DNA of 64,000 bases, taken from a virus. Taxonomy: Duplodnaviria > Caudoviricetes. The stretch spans positions 96,001 to 160,000 of IMG/VR virus record IMGVR_UViG_2974692648_000001; one strand, given 5' to 3'. A program made the position numbers and the translations under genes. Shown piece by piece: positions 19,233 through 29,672 of the stretch. The notes below the pieces were generated by a model. It saw only the letters and a program-made list of their open reading frames with translations. It was not told where the DNA came from and did not search any database. Numbering within the stretch: position 1 is the first letter of the stretch; every line of letters begins with the position of its first letter.

Positions 19233-19369
19233 ACAAAACAACTTATTGGGCCCTGAATTGTATCGGGGCCTTCGTCTTTGTTGGAGTGGTGGTGATGGGT
19301 CTCATCATCGCTCCTTTCTTTTTTATTTATCGACAACTAACTAAAACGAAAAAGGCAACACATGTCTAA
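19229..19369 (+). CDS. Small single-TM protein
   Basis: TTG start overlapping the previous TGA; long hydrophobic stretch with a basic tail; overlaps the tdk start. Confidence 0.5.
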   Translation: MNKTTYWALNCIGAFVFVGVVVMGLIIAPFFFIYRQLTKTKKATHV

Positions 19370-19958
19370 AATTTATTTTTATACAAGTGCGATGTCTTCT
19401 GGTAAAACAACTACAGCCATCCAAACGGCTTACAATTACCAAGAGCGCGGTATGACACCTTATGTCTTAAAACCGGTGGTTGATACTCGAGACGGTTGCC
19501 CTCGTACTTTAACCAGTCGCAGTGGTGCTAAATGGGATAACTGCATTCCTTTCCCTAAAGAAGGGATGGGTGAAATGGAACTTTGGTTACGTAACCCGGA
19601 TCAGCGTCCAGATGTCATCATTATTGATGAAGTCCAGTTTATTAGTGAAGAACAAATCGCGGGATTGGCGGAGTTAACCCGTGAACTCGGAATTCCTTTG
19701 TTGTGTTACGGACTGCGTAATAACTTCCAGGGTGGTGGATTCCCTGCGAGTGATTGGTTGTTGAGACATGCTTCTAGCATCAACATTGTGAAGGGAATGT
19801 GTTGGTGCGGTAAGAACGCGACACATAACTTAATGGTGGTTGACGGGAAACCTTATTACGGAGCTCCTGGTGAATCCACCGTAGTAGTGGGTGGTAACGA
19901 AACTTACCATGCGGTGTGTTTCACCCACTTTAAGTCGGGAACTCACAAAAAGTCTTAA
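19362..19958 (+). CDS. tdk: Thymidine kinase
   Basis: AMSSGKTT P-loop, DTR, IIDEVQF, YGL..NF, CxCG and Y.AVC lasso zinc motifs. Confidence 0.95.
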   Translation: MSKIYFYTSAMSSGKTTTAIQTAYNYQERGMTPYVLKPVVDTRDGCPRTLTSRSGAKWDNCIPFPKEGMGEMELWLRNPDQRPDVIIIDEVQFISEEQIAGLAELTRELGIPLLCYGLRNNFQGGGFPASDWLLRHASSINIVKGMCWCGKNATHNLMVVDGKPYYGAPGESTVVVGGNETYHAVCFTHFKSGTHKKS

Positions 19959-20016
19959 CACTCCGGAATGCTATGGAGGTTCATGAGGAACCTCTTTAGT
20001 TAATCAAGGAGATGCC

Positions 20017-21201
20017 ATGAAAGACGTAAGACAAATGCTCATTAATCGAATGAGTGAAGTCCATATCCGTAATGCGATGGAAACAGGAGATCCAGCTAAA
20101 ATAGAGCAAGCTAACACGTTGTTTAAAGACTTGTTAGTGGAAGAAGTAACAATCAGTAACATCGAAGAAGTAGGTCGTGGTACTCAGCGTTACCGTGCGG
20201 ATATCGATCTTAGCCAACGTGGGGGTTCGGTGATCAAGCAGTACTGGTCACCGGCTAATCCTACCGAGGCTCTAATCGAATTATACGAAACGGGAGAATA
20301 TTCTCAGAACGGGGATAACGTGACCAAAATACGTCTGAGTAGTAAAGCTGCGTTTCTGCATTACTTTAATACTCATGATTTGATGACCCTGACTACTACT
20401 GGTTATTTGTCTCAAACCGAACTTGAAACCCTTTTCCCTTTTGATCCTCAAGACGTGCGTGTAGAAAACTTCGGCGACTACATCAATTTTGACGGTCCTT
20501 TCATCAGTGGTCGCATGATAGTGCGTGATGGTAAAGAAGGGATATTGACTGGGACCCACGACCCGGTGGACGTTCGCATTTGGACAGAGGATGAAAACGG
20601 GGATAAGGAAGTGGTGTTGGGTGACGTGAACTACTTCCCGGTCGGTCATAACGTGGATGCTAAGTTCCGCATTTATCTGGAGGACTCACCAGATTATCAA
20701 AGCGGTGACACATTTACGGTTTCTTATACTGGAGACTACCGACCTCTTGAAAAAGATACCCTAACTTATCAACAAGGTCAACCTTTAGAGATCCCTACCG
20801 ATGAACGTATGGTACCTGGACAAATTATCCAGTTCACTATCACCGGTAAGGGTGGGTTTAGTTGTATGGTGAGTGGTGTTGTGGTGGTTGCGCACGCTTA
20901 CACCTATACCCCAGATGGACGTATAGATATTGAAGTCACTTACCCTGAGGTCATCACTGGTAGTTTGGTATTTAAGGGTAAACCTGAACAAACTTGGTAC
21001 GTTCCTGAGGACGACCAACCACCTGGCATGTATCTCTACGATCGTGGACGCTTCGTGCACTTTGTTCCTATGGACGACACCACACTAAACGACTTTGAAC
21101 TACCTTTACTCGAGCCTGGAAAATACGGTATGTACTTCCGTTCACCGGGTAGTTACAAGAATACCTTTGGAGGACTTTTGACGGTTAACGCCCCAGAATA
21201 A
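20017..21201 (+). CDS. Putative virion surface protein sharing an N-terminal domain with the next gene
   Basis: N-terminus MKDVRQMLI...GDPAKI aligns with MKHIRQILL...GDPAEI; beta-rich acidic C-terminus. Confidence 0.65.
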   Translation: MKDVRQMLINRMSEVHIRNAMETGDPAKIEQANTLFKDLLVEEVTISNIEEVGRGTQRYRADIDLSQRGGSVIKQYWSPANPTEALIELYETGEYSQNGDNVTKIRLSSKAAFLHYFNTHDLMTLTTTGYLSQTELETLFPFDPQDVRVENFGDYINFDGPFISGRMIVRDGKEGILTGTHDPVDVRIWTEDENGDKEVVLGDVNYFPVGHNVDAKFRIYLEDSPDYQSGDTFTVSYTGDYRPLEKDTLTYQQGQPLEIPTDERMVPGQIIQFTITGKGGFSCMVSGVVVVAHAYTYTPDGRIDIEVTYPEVITGSLVFKGKPEQTWYVPEDDQPPGMYLYDRGRFVHFVPMDDTTLNDFELPLLEPGKYGMYFRSPGSYKNTFGGLLTVNAPE

Positions 21202-21271
21202 CTCCTTAATTTTTTGTCATTTTATGAGCGGGGGTCCGTCCCCGCTCATTTTTGACGCATGCTAAGGAAAC

Positions 21272-24200
21272 ATGATGAAACATATTCGACAAATCCTGTT
21301 GGACAAAACCGCACTGATTCGAATCAGTTACGCTGAGTCCCAAGGTGACCCGGCGGAGATCGCTTTAGCTAAATCCCGCTTCGACGGTCTGATGGACGAC
21401 GAGGTCCAGTTTCTAAGTATTAAAGAACGTTACGAAGGTGCCGGTACTTTCATCGGTGAAATCAAATTAACTGGCCGTGATGGGTTTGAATTCGTTCAAG
21501 AATGGTCCCCGGGTGATACCGTTCCAGTATTAAGTAAGAAAGAACGCATTAAGGTCCCTAACCTAGAAGTATTCCGTAATATCGTTATTCCTGGACTTTA
21601 TTACGTTGAAGACATTGCCGAACTATGTTTGGTAGTAAAAGAGTCCATGTCAATCCTGGATATCCAGAAGCTATTAGGTTTTGAATTTGACCCAGGTGAA
21701 CTAGAAGTTCGCTTGAGTCACTTAAAGGTACAGTCCCCTATCGTGGACGGCACGTTACCCCTTAAAACAGTGACACCTAATCCAGACGGTACTATGACTG
21801 ACGGGACAGGTATTAATATTACGGACTCTTCTGTTGAAGGTAATATTTTGCCAGCCAACCCATACGCCCCTACTCAATACATTACTGTGGAACGAGTAGG
21901 TAGTGAACCGGTAATGTCGGCAGAAATTGATAAAGCTTTTAAAGCTGAATTCGTTGGCACGTACCGTCAAGGTGAGATCATCGAAGGGACTCTAGGTGAA
22001 GATAACACTTTCAACTTAGACTTGGACCTTAAGAATCAACAAACCGACGATTTACAGATGATCGTTTCTGTAGGTCTAGACCGTGATAAACTTACCGATG
22101 TTTACTCAGTCACTTATATTGACGAACATTGGACTATTGGTGAAGTCACCACACCAGTAGAGTTAACTCGTGTTGGACACCCTTTCCGTATTGCAGGTCA
22201 TGTGGTCGGGGACTTTGGACGCACACCTTGGGGTGACGAACTCCATGAACCTAAGATCATCATTGAAGAAGTTGATCAAGAACCGGTTGTGGTTCAATTC
22301 GACACAAACGGGATGTTTGATATTCAACACACCCCAGTAGTGGCGGGTGACATGACCATTAAATTTGTTTGTGGTCTTCCTCAAGATCTGAACGTATTCT
22401 CTGAAACACATCAGATCCTTGCTGCATTGTCAGTCGACGATCTCGTCTTAGGTCCTTTGACTGCGGATAAAACCGAAGTAAGAGCTGATGAGTTAGTCAC
22501 ACTCACCAGCACACTGCGTTCATCAGACGGACTAACCCTTACCGATACCCCAGTGGACTTTATCGTTGACGACCAAGTAACCAGTCAACTATTCGCCTCT
22601 CCGGAAGGTGTATTAGAACACATTTACGATGTAGAGAACGATACTCTGGATCCCGTAACTTACGCTGTTAAATTACGACTTGGTACCGATGAGAGCAATG
22701 TGATTACGATTACGGTTCAACCATCTGATCAAGTCCCTGGTCGTTTTGAAATTATCAACGACCAAGGTGAGTTATTTAAAGAAGGTGAGTTGCGCTTCCG
22801 TATTTACGACACGGTAGATCGTCCTATGGTCGGTACTAGCGGTACTTGGTTCCGCGAAGGTGGCGCACCTAAAGCTTACGCTGTGGACGGTGAAGAATAC
22901 GTAGCTACGCTAGATTCTCCGGTTGACGTTGAAAACACTGTGGTTGAATCAATCACATTAAAATGTCAATCACTAGAAACTCCAGTAGACTTCACCTGGA
23001 ATTTGGTTCGTCGTTTCGATGAAGTGTTCTTAGAACCTGATAACCCAACGACTGGTGTAACTGACGACACCATTACCTTAACAGGTAAAACCTTGGATCA
23101 AATCGATGACCCAGTGGGCAATGTTCCATTAGTGTTTAAAACTGATGGTCTTAAGGTCTCTGACATCACATCCAACGAACTGGGTGTGTTCAGTGTGGAA
23201 GTAAGTGAGAGTGATGAAGCGGAACATCTATATTCGTTTATTGGTGAGAACGATATCGGTGCTTCTTTAGCAGTAACCTGGGCAAAAGTTCACCAACTAA
23301 CTTCTATTGACTTGACTAGTCCTACTACAGTAAGTCTCTTTACTGATGAAACCTTCCAGGTTACCGGTAGACTGTTGGATCAGTATTCAGAGAACCTAGT
23401 AGGTGAAACTGTGACGTTAGAGTTCCCTGACGGTTATACTGAACAACAAGTTACAACCGAGTCGGGCTTTAGCTTCACAGCGACTTACCGTGATAACGGT
23501 TCCCTATCGCACACCATTAACGTTAAGGCTGGAGAGTTCACCACCCCAATTAATGTGACTTGGGAAGTTAAGAGTGAACCTATCATCGCTAACCTTACCG
23601 TGGTTCCTAACACGGTAGATATTGGTGAAGATTACACCGTGACTGGTGAAATCGAAGTCAACTACCCTCACGATTGGTCAAGCACTCGTGTTGCTATCAC
23701 CAACGATGCAGGTGAAACAACTAACGTGACTTGTGCGACTGATGGTACGTTTACTTATACCGGTACTGCAAGTGCGCAAGGAACCCACCAGATCAGTGCT
23801 GATGCTGTGGACGTAGTAACACCTGAAGAAGCCATCACGTTAACTGTTCGTGAACCTCGTGTCCCGACCGCTATTAACGTTCTTAACCTACCTGAGAGTG
23901 CAAATACTTTTGAAGGTCAAACCGCTACTATTACAGGTAACGTACTAGATCAAGAAAGTGAAGTCATTGATACTGAAGTCACTGCAACCCTTGACGGGAC
24001 ACCATTGACCAACACCGCGGTAGAACCTGGAACGTTCAGCTTTGACGCTACTCACGACGGCGTAGGTACCGCAGTGATGACAATCAGTGCTGGTGATGTG
24101 ACACGTGATGTAACAATTACATGGCGTGCAGTCACTTACGAATTCACTAACGTTAAGATGTTAGAAGAATCCGTGCTTCAGGGCGAAGCGTTTGGCTTCC

Positions 24201-25798
24201 AAGGCACTTTGTTCAGTGAAGGCGGTGGTAACGTAGCCGGTAAGACTATCGAAGTATTAGATAGTTCTAACAATCCACTGACTACCGTGGTTACTGAACC
24301 TGATGGTTCTTACTCTGGCACTTACACGTCCAACACCCCTGGTGCGCTGGCGGTTAAATTCCGTTACGGTACGGTAGAGAGTGGACAGTACACGGTAATT
24401 ATCCGTGAGATCATGGTACCGACTACGGTTTCAATCAACACTGATCCTAAGACCTCAGACATTAACCAATCAGTCACTTTCGCTGGCCTAGTTAAAGACC
24501 AGAAAGGTAACATTATGGTTGGTGTGTTAGCTGAACTTAAAGAAGGTGGCACGACACTGGCTTCACAGGAAACGTTGTTCAACGGTCGCTTTAGCATCGA
24601 TCACACTGAAACCGATGCAGGTGTTAAAACTTACACTGTTAAGGTTGGTGATGTTACTCACGACATCCAAGTTACTTGGGTTGATCCTAACTTAGTTACT
24701 GAAATCAATCAAATCGCACCAATCGATAACGACGTAGTAGCGGGTGAAGAACTTAGTGTAACAGTAGAAATGTTAAACTCTTCAGGTGATGTGGTTTCAA
24801 GTAAAGAACCAACGTTCACTTACACTGGTGCAGCGACTCCGACTCAAGCTGGTAATGTGTTCACCATCACTGAAACCGAAGCAGCAACCGCTACCTTGAC
24901 GGTGAGTGCGGACGGTGTAGACCTTCCAATCGAACTAACATGGTCAGCTCCTCCAGCGGTTTACAGTACTATCGAGGTAGTCTCAGGTGAAACTACGGGT
25001 ACGACAGGTGAATCAGTTTCAGTTAAGATCGTGACTAAAGACCAAAACGGTGATCCAATGTCTAACCAAGCGGTTACTTGGAATACCGGTGGTGCGCCAT
25101 TCCCAGTTAGCTTTACTGACGGAAACGGTGAACTCACATTCAGCTTCAGCTCTGAGGATGAAGGTGCGGTAACGTATAACTTCTCAGGTGGTGCTGGTGT
25201 AACTGGTACTTCACACACCATCACTTGGGCAAACCCAGCTCCCGTTTACAGTGCTATTGAGTTAGTGTCTGGTGCAACAACTGGAGAAGTAGGCACACCT
25301 ACGGAAGTCGTTATTCGTACCGTGGATCAAAACGGCAACCCAATGGCGGATCAATCAGTATCGTGGAATACTGGTGGAATCCCATTCCCGACATCGACTT
25401 CAGACTCAGAAGGTAAGATCGTTTATAATTTTGAGTCAGAAGAAGCCAAAGAAGTTACCTATAACTTCAGCGGTGGCACTGGTGTGACCAAACTCAACCA
25501 CACCATCACGTGGTCTGAACCTACTCCGGTTTACACAGGCATTGATGTTCAACACGGTAATCTGGATGTCGCGGCGGGTGAAACAGTAACCTTCACTATC
25601 ACTACTCTTGACCAGAATGGACAACCAATGGATCAAGAACAAGTGGTGATGTACGACGGCAACATGACTTGGCCGGCTCGTACCTCTAATCTAGAAGGTG
25701 TGGTCGTGTTTGAGTTTACGGAAGCCGAAGCTAAGAGTGTGACCTACGCCTTCCTAGGTGGAGACGATCGTAAAGAGTACACCGTAACTTGGAGTTAA
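21272..25798 (+). CDS. Large Ig-like (Big/invasin-type) repeat virion protein
   Basis: 1508 aa, Thr/Val/acidic-rich; about 12-14 units of ~95 aa containing DQ.G.P and ending in (V/I)TW. Confidence 0.85.
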   Translation: MMKHIRQILLDKTALIRISYAESQGDPAEIALAKSRFDGLMDDEVQFLSIKERYEGAGTFIGEIKLTGRDGFEFVQEWSPGDTVPVLSKKERIKVPNLEVFRNIVIPGLYYVEDIAELCLVVKESMSILDIQKLLGFEFDPGELEVRLSHLKVQSPIVDGTLPLKTVTPNPDGTMTDGTGINITDSSVEGNILPANPYAPTQYITVERVGSEPVMSAEIDKAFKAEFVGTYRQGEIIEGTLGEDNTFNLDLDLKNQQTDDLQMIVSVGLDRDKLTDVYSVTYIDEHWTIGEVTTPVELTRVGHPFRIAGHVVGDFGRTPWGDELHEPKIIIEEVDQEPVVVQFDTNGMFDIQHTPVVAGDMTIKFVCGLPQDLNVFSETHQILAALSVDDLVLGPLTADKTEVRADELVTLTSTLRSSDGLTLTDTPVDFIVDDQVTSQLFASPEGVLEHIYDVENDTLDPVTYAVKLRLGTDESNVITITVQPSDQVPGRFEIINDQGELFKEGELRFRIYDTVDRPMVGTSGTWFREGGAPKAYAVDGEEYVATLDSPVDVENTVVESITLKCQSLETPVDFTWNLVRRFDEVFLEPDNPTTGVTDDTITLTGKTLDQIDDPVGNVPLVFKTDGLKVSDITSNELGVFSVEVSESDEAEHLYSFIGENDIGASLAVTWAKVHQLTSIDLTSPTTVSLFTDETFQVTGRLLDQYSENLVGETVTLEFPDGYTEQQVTTESGFSFTATYRDNGSLSHTINVKAGEFTTPINVTWEVKSEPIIANLTVVPNTVDIGEDYTVTGEIEVNYPHDWSSTRVAITNDAGETTNVTCATDGTFTYTGTASAQGTHQISADAVDVVTPEEAITLTVREPRVPTAINVLNLPESANTFEGQTATITGNVLDQESEVIDTEVTATLDGTPLTNTAVEPGTFSFDATHDGVGTAVMTISAGDVTRDVTITWRAVTYEFTNVKMLEESVLQGEAFGFQGTLFSEGGGNVAGKTIEVLDSSNNPLTTVVTEPDGSYSGTYTSNTPGALAVKFRYGTVESGQYTVIIREIMVPTTVSINTDPKTSDINQSVTFAGLVKDQKGNIMVGVLAELKEGGTTLASQETLFNGRFSIDHTETDAGVKTYTVKVGDVTHDIQVTWVDPNLVTEINQIAPIDNDVVAGEELSVTVEMLNSSGDVVSSKEPTFTYTGAATPTQAGNVFTITETEAATATLTVSADGVDLPIELTWSAPPAVYSTIEVVSGETTGTTGESVSVKIVTKDQNGDPMSNQAVTWNTGGAPFPVSFTDGNGELTFSFSSEDEGAVTYNFSGGAGVTGTSHTITWANPAPVYSAIELVSGATTGEVGTPTEVVIRTVDQNGNPMADQSVSWNTGGIPFPTSTSDSEGKIVYNFESEEAKEVTYNFSGGTGVTKLNHTITWSEPTPVYTGIDVQHGNLDVAAGETVTFTITTLDQNGQPMDQEQVVMYDGNMTWPARTSNLEGVVVFEFTEAEAKSVTYAFLGGDDRKEYTVTWS
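24959..25795 (+). repeat. Three tandem 285-nt Ig-domain repeats
   Basis: GTTTAC (VY) at 24959, 25244 and 25529; units 1 and 2 share WNTGG.PFP and VTYNFSGG.GVT...HTITW. Confidence 0.85.
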
Positions 25799-25867
25799 CT
25801 CTAAATCAAAATAATTAAAATAAGAAATATAAAGCGGACTAAACATCCGCTTTATATTATTTCGAGT

Positions 25868-25885
25868 CTATATCATAAGAGTGTA
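25868..25885 (+). promoter_or_regulatory. Putative phage early promoter
   Basis: CTATATCATAAGAGTGTA at the head of a cluster of hypothetical genes. Confidence 0.7.
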
Positions 25886-25907
25886 AGGGAAACTTAATTA
25901 AGCTTTT

Positions 25908-26678
25908 ATGAGTAAGGAAATGTCTATGCAACATCAACGTTATTGTCATGACTTCCAGAAGTTAATGGTCTCTTTGTCATGGCTAGGGCAAATTATGGGT
26001 TACGTGGAAGTGTTCGATGAATACCGAGACCGTAAACTCATTAGTACCGACCATGTGTCGTTTGGCATACACCATGAAAACCAATACGCTTCGTTCTTCT
26101 TTGTAGATGAAGATGGTAAGTATCATGAAGTCACTCTGAATGATAAAGGTCGTGTCCCGGCTGTTAAAGTGGTTCAAGAACTCCGCACACTTATTTTAAA
26201 TCAACCGGAATTATTCCGATTGTTAGCAGAGAACGCTGAATCACTTAATTCATTAGTCATCAAAGTGGTAGGGGAAACCATGAAACTCCACAGCGATGAC
26301 TTAGCCAGTAAGTTACTACGATATGGACTGAGTGATTACCAAAAGCTCCTGGATGAAGATCTAAAGGACTTTAGCAGTAATTGGATGTCTTTATGGGTGT
26401 GGTTCTTCACACTCCCTCATATCGCCGCAGAGTTCGATTTAAAGCTAGATGAATCGATCACGTTAACTTATTGTATGATTCGTCCTCGTTCCAGAGAGTA
26501 TTGTGAAACAAAAGTTCAAATGGTTCATACCGAGTTAGATAACTTTTACGTCACGTTACACTTTGAAACGATCAATACCAACAACAGCGCCATCGTGTAC
26601 AAACATTTGGATCCAACGTTCTGGGACGATAATCGTCTGGATTCATTTGAACTCATCCAACATCTATATCAAGGTTAA
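25908..26678 (+). CDS. Hypothetical protein
   Basis: 256-aa ORF after an early promoter motif. Confidence 0.7.
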   Translation: MSKEMSMQHQRYCHDFQKLMVSLSWLGQIMGYVEVFDEYRDRKLISTDHVSFGIHHENQYASFFFVDEDGKYHEVTLNDKGRVPAVKVVQELRTLILNQPELFRLLAENAESLNSLVIKVVGETMKLHSDDLASKLLRYGLSDYQKLLDEDLKDFSSNWMSLWVWFFTLPHIAAEFDLKLDESITLTYCMIRPRSREYCETKVQMVHTELDNFYVTLHFETINTNNSAIVYKHLDPTFWDDNRLDSFELIQHLYQG

Positions 26679-26680
26679 CG

Positions 26681-26709
26681 ACTAAGGGTGTCTTCGGACA
26701 CCTTTAGTT
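26681..26709 (+). terminator. UUCG hairpin
   Basis: ACTAAGGGTGTC-TTCG-GACACCTTTAGT. Confidence 0.65.
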
Positions 26710-26725
26710 ACTTACCGGAGTCAGT

Positions 26726-27745
26726 ATGAAAAAATTAATACAAGCTATAAAAACCACCTTAGGTGGGCTCGATGTAAACTTTGTTCCTTTTGCAACTGAG
26801 GTGAGTGGAGACCATAATGTTGTTTTGGAATGCCGATCTCCTGAAGATTGGAAGTTAAGGACAGCTGAACAAGAAGACATCTTAACTTGTAGTCAAGGTA
26901 AGGTGGACGTAATTTTTAAAGAACACCCTAATAAGTTCAACTACTTAATCGGACGTTTAGGTGACGCAGTAAACCTAGCTTACTTAGACCACCGTGACAT
27001 CAATCGATGGATTCCTAGAATTGTGGATCGTGATATCACGCGTGGTTATTTTAACCTACTCGTTACGATCCGAACTATTCTTCGACACCTAAAAGCTAAT
27101 GAAGAAGATTTCCCGTTCCCAATTAAGTTGAATGAAGATACTACTTTACCTATGTTTCTAGGTCGTTACAGCGATCACCCAGACTTAATCCTTTGGTCCT
27201 TTGAATTGGAAGGGACTGAGATATGGCAGTTCTTGGATGACCCTGAACCTTGTCATACCCCAACGAGTGAACGTTTGGCTATGTGGTGTTCCCGTAATGA
27301 ATTGGTCGTGGATGAGCTAATTCAACAACTCCGCCAAGAGGCAAAGACTCGTTTCGGTGTGGAGTTCCATTACGATCCTCCTGTTGGCCTAACTATTCTG
27401 GCTGAGCTAATGGATCACCCTAAGTACCTTTCTACTTACGGACACTTACCTGCTCCTCATATAGAAGGGACTAAAGATGGTGTTTCTTTATCCTTGAGCC
27501 CTAGTGAAGAACATGGACGTATTTTGGAAGTGGAAATCGAAGATAAGCATTTCTGTGTCTCTGTGGAATCAGGAGCGGTCTTAGATCTACCTGAAGACAT
27601 TCTCCCAAGTGACTACTTAAAATTGAATGTGGTGCTTATCACGTACATTTACAACTACTTTGGGAATCATGATGCGGAACCCTATGGTCGTGTGTTGTTC
27701 TGCGATATGATCGACGAGAAAATCAACCAACTCACCGAGATTTAA
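26726..27745 (+). CDS. Hypothetical protein
   Basis: 339-aa ORF with a GGAG RBS. Confidence 0.7.
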   Translation: MKKLIQAIKTTLGGLDVNFVPFATEVSGDHNVVLECRSPEDWKLRTAEQEDILTCSQGKVDVIFKEHPNKFNYLIGRLGDAVNLAYLDHRDINRWIPRIVDRDITRGYFNLLVTIRTILRHLKANEEDFPFPIKLNEDTTLPMFLGRYSDHPDLILWSFELEGTEIWQFLDDPEPCHTPTSERLAMWCSRNELVVDELIQQLRQEAKTRFGVEFHYDPPVGLTILAELMDHPKYLSTYGHLPAPHIEGTKDGVSLSLSPSEEHGRILEVEIEDKHFCVSVESGAVLDLPEDILPSDYLKLNVVLITYIYNYFGNHDAEPYGRVLFCDMIDEKINQLTEI

Positions 27746-27748
27746 ATT

Positions 27749-28081
27749 ATGTTAGAAACCCAATTAGAGCTTTACAAAAAGACCATCGAAGAAACTAACC
27801 AAATCACTACCCACGCGCCAACCGGGAAATACTTCAAAGTCCTTAACTTTGAAATTCTGGTGACCGCTACTAAGATATCTGTCCCGGGAACCGATAACCT
27901 CCCAGCGCTAGAAACCAGCAAACTGGACCCAGTAGAACGTGAATTACTCGTCGGCGTCAAGAAGGTTTTTGAGGGACCTTATTTAAGTGCAACGGATATC
28001 TTGCCTGATGGCACCCCATTCCAAAAAGCCTGGGTGGTAGGAGATTACTTATTTGGTCTCACCTTTAAAAAGACTCGATAA
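27749..28081 (+). CDS. Hypothetical protein
   Basis: 110-aa ORF coupled to the upstream gene. Confidence 0.65.
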   Translation: MLETQLELYKKTIEETNQITTHAPTGKYFKVLNFEILVTATKISVPGTDNLPALETSKLDPVERELLVGVKKVFEGPYLSATDILPDGTPFQKAWVVGDYLFGLTFKKTR

Positions 28082-28175
28082 GTAACTTTAGACTGTGCCT
28101 TTGAATTTTATTGATCAAAAAACTTCACTCTCTCAAAAAAAGTGAAAACTCAGTAAAAATAATAAGGTACAGTCT

Positions 28176-28628
28176 ATGAAAGCGTCACTAGCGGAAATGA
28201 TTAAGCGTTTGGTAATCTCACAACACGGTATTAGTTTAGATGGGGAATTCGAAGTCAACTTTGACACCATCAAACAAAACCCAGATTATCCAGATCGTTT
28301 CACGGCAGAGGGGTTTAACAACGGCAAACGAATTCCATTATCTTGGAAACGTGTAAGTATCACACCTAAACTCAATGACCTTTGTAACACCCAGGGTGAA
28401 CGAAAGCATGGAGAAGAAGGGTTGTACTACGACGAAGGTGCCATGCATCATTATGTTGCTGTTCGTCCTAACCACAAGCTCGAAGACATTAACCGCTTAC
28501 TAGGTTCTTCTTTTACGGAAGATCAACTCTTATTTAAACCGGAAGGTTTTGAAGGCCGTTGGGTATTAAACCACCCATGTTATTACGGTCGTATTTTCAC
28601 CAACGTCTTGCTACCTGAAGCAAGCTAA
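28176..28628 (+). CDS. Stand-alone homolog of the Ig-protein N-terminal domain
   Basis: W...GLYY...DI.RLLG.SF...L...P...G pattern shared with the N-terminus of 21272..25798. Confidence 0.65.
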   Translation: MKASLAEMIKRLVISQHGISLDGEFEVNFDTIKQNPDYPDRFTAEGFNNGKRIPLSWKRVSITPKLNDLCNTQGERKHGEEGLYYDEGAMHHYVAVRPNHKLEDINRLLGSSFTEDQLLFKPEGFEGRWVLNHPCYYGRIFTNVLLPEAS

Positions 28629-28648
28629 TAGATTAAGGTTTTATAACC

Positions 28649-29173
28649 ATGAGCAAGGAAATAATTTTTATAAAAATGGCAGAGGATTTTGCTAGTTCAG
28701 TTGTCTCTCTACGTAAAAGCAGTGAGTCTGCTTGTTTGCGTGGAATCTCTACTCGGCTTAATGATGCTCGTCGTCAAGTACATCGTGAAGTAACACACCT
28801 AGGGGCGAAACCGGGAACACTCACTGTTTCCAACTGCATTCAAATGACGGTTTTACCTAAAGGGTTTACTTCTACACTGAACACCAAACTCGGTCTCAAG
28901 AACGGACTCAAGTACAAAGAGTTCCCTGTCACCAATGATTTGAAGCGGGTATTACCGGAAGAGTTTTTCCGTCATATTTGCGTAGAGTCTTACCGTCTTG
29001 CTAAAGAAGAAAATGGTAAGTACTTTACAGGTGAAGATTTACAAGAACGCTTTGTAGACCAACTCAATAATCATTTACCTGAAGACAGTCGTTTGGGATT
29101 AAGTGGGACGATATTCAACCCCCACACTCCTAGCGCGTCTTTTAACCTAGTGTTAACGGATTTGGTAGAATGA
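28649..29173 (+). CDS. Hypothetical protein
   Basis: 174-aa ORF. Confidence 0.65.
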   Translation: MSKEIIFIKMAEDFASSVVSLRKSSESACLRGISTRLNDARRQVHREVTHLGAKPGTLTVSNCIQMTVLPKGFTSTLNTKLGLKNGLKYKEFPVTNDLKRVLPEEFFRHICVESYRLAKEENGKYFTGEDLQERFVDQLNNHLPEDSRLGLSGTIFNPHTPSASFNLVLTDLVE

Positions 29174-29174
29174 T

Positions 29175-29672
29175 ATGGATACTGACCTCCCTGACCTCCC
29201 TGATGACATAGACGTCTCCAGGTCGGCATTGTACTCGCACCAACAATACTGGTGTGTGGTGGAAAAACGGGAAGGTAAGTGGTTAGGTTACGTTGGTTCC
29301 TCCGGTAAGGGGAACCAACGTACCAAGTATGCTGCTTTTACTATTTTCCGACCAGTTCACTCTAACGATCTAGTTAGTGTGTTATTTGAATTCTTAACCA
29401 ACCAACATTTATTTAATCAGTTCAGTCGTCGAACTTACAAGTTCGTATTAGCGACTTTAAAACAATTACTCGACACTTTAGATGAAACAGAGTGGAAGGT
29501 AAATTATCGTAATCGTAAGGCATCCCTCTACTTAAAAGAAGGTCGTAAGATCGGATTGAAGGTAGCAGGTACACACAATCTTATTTTAAACATAGATGAC
29601 TGGAAACCAAGCATAGTAGATAAACGAGTCTTTCAGCATCATCACTTCATTAAGGAATCTTTCCATGCATAA
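29175..29672 (+). CDS. Hypothetical protein
   Basis: 165-aa ORF, tightly coupled to neighbours. Confidence 0.65.
   Translation: MDTDLPDLPDDIDVSRSALYSHQQYWCVVEKREGKWLGYVGSSGKGNQRTKYAAFTIFRPVHSNDLVSVLFEFLTNQHLFNQFSRRTYKFVLATLKQLLDTLDETEWKVNYRNRKASLYLKEGRKIGLKVAGTHNLILNIDDWKPSIVDKRVFQHHHFIKESFHA

Noticed and set aside
24959-25795. Diversity-generating retroelement template/variable repeat pair
   Set aside because: Repeats are in-frame coding units, differences are not confined to adenines, and there is no reverse transcriptase in the window
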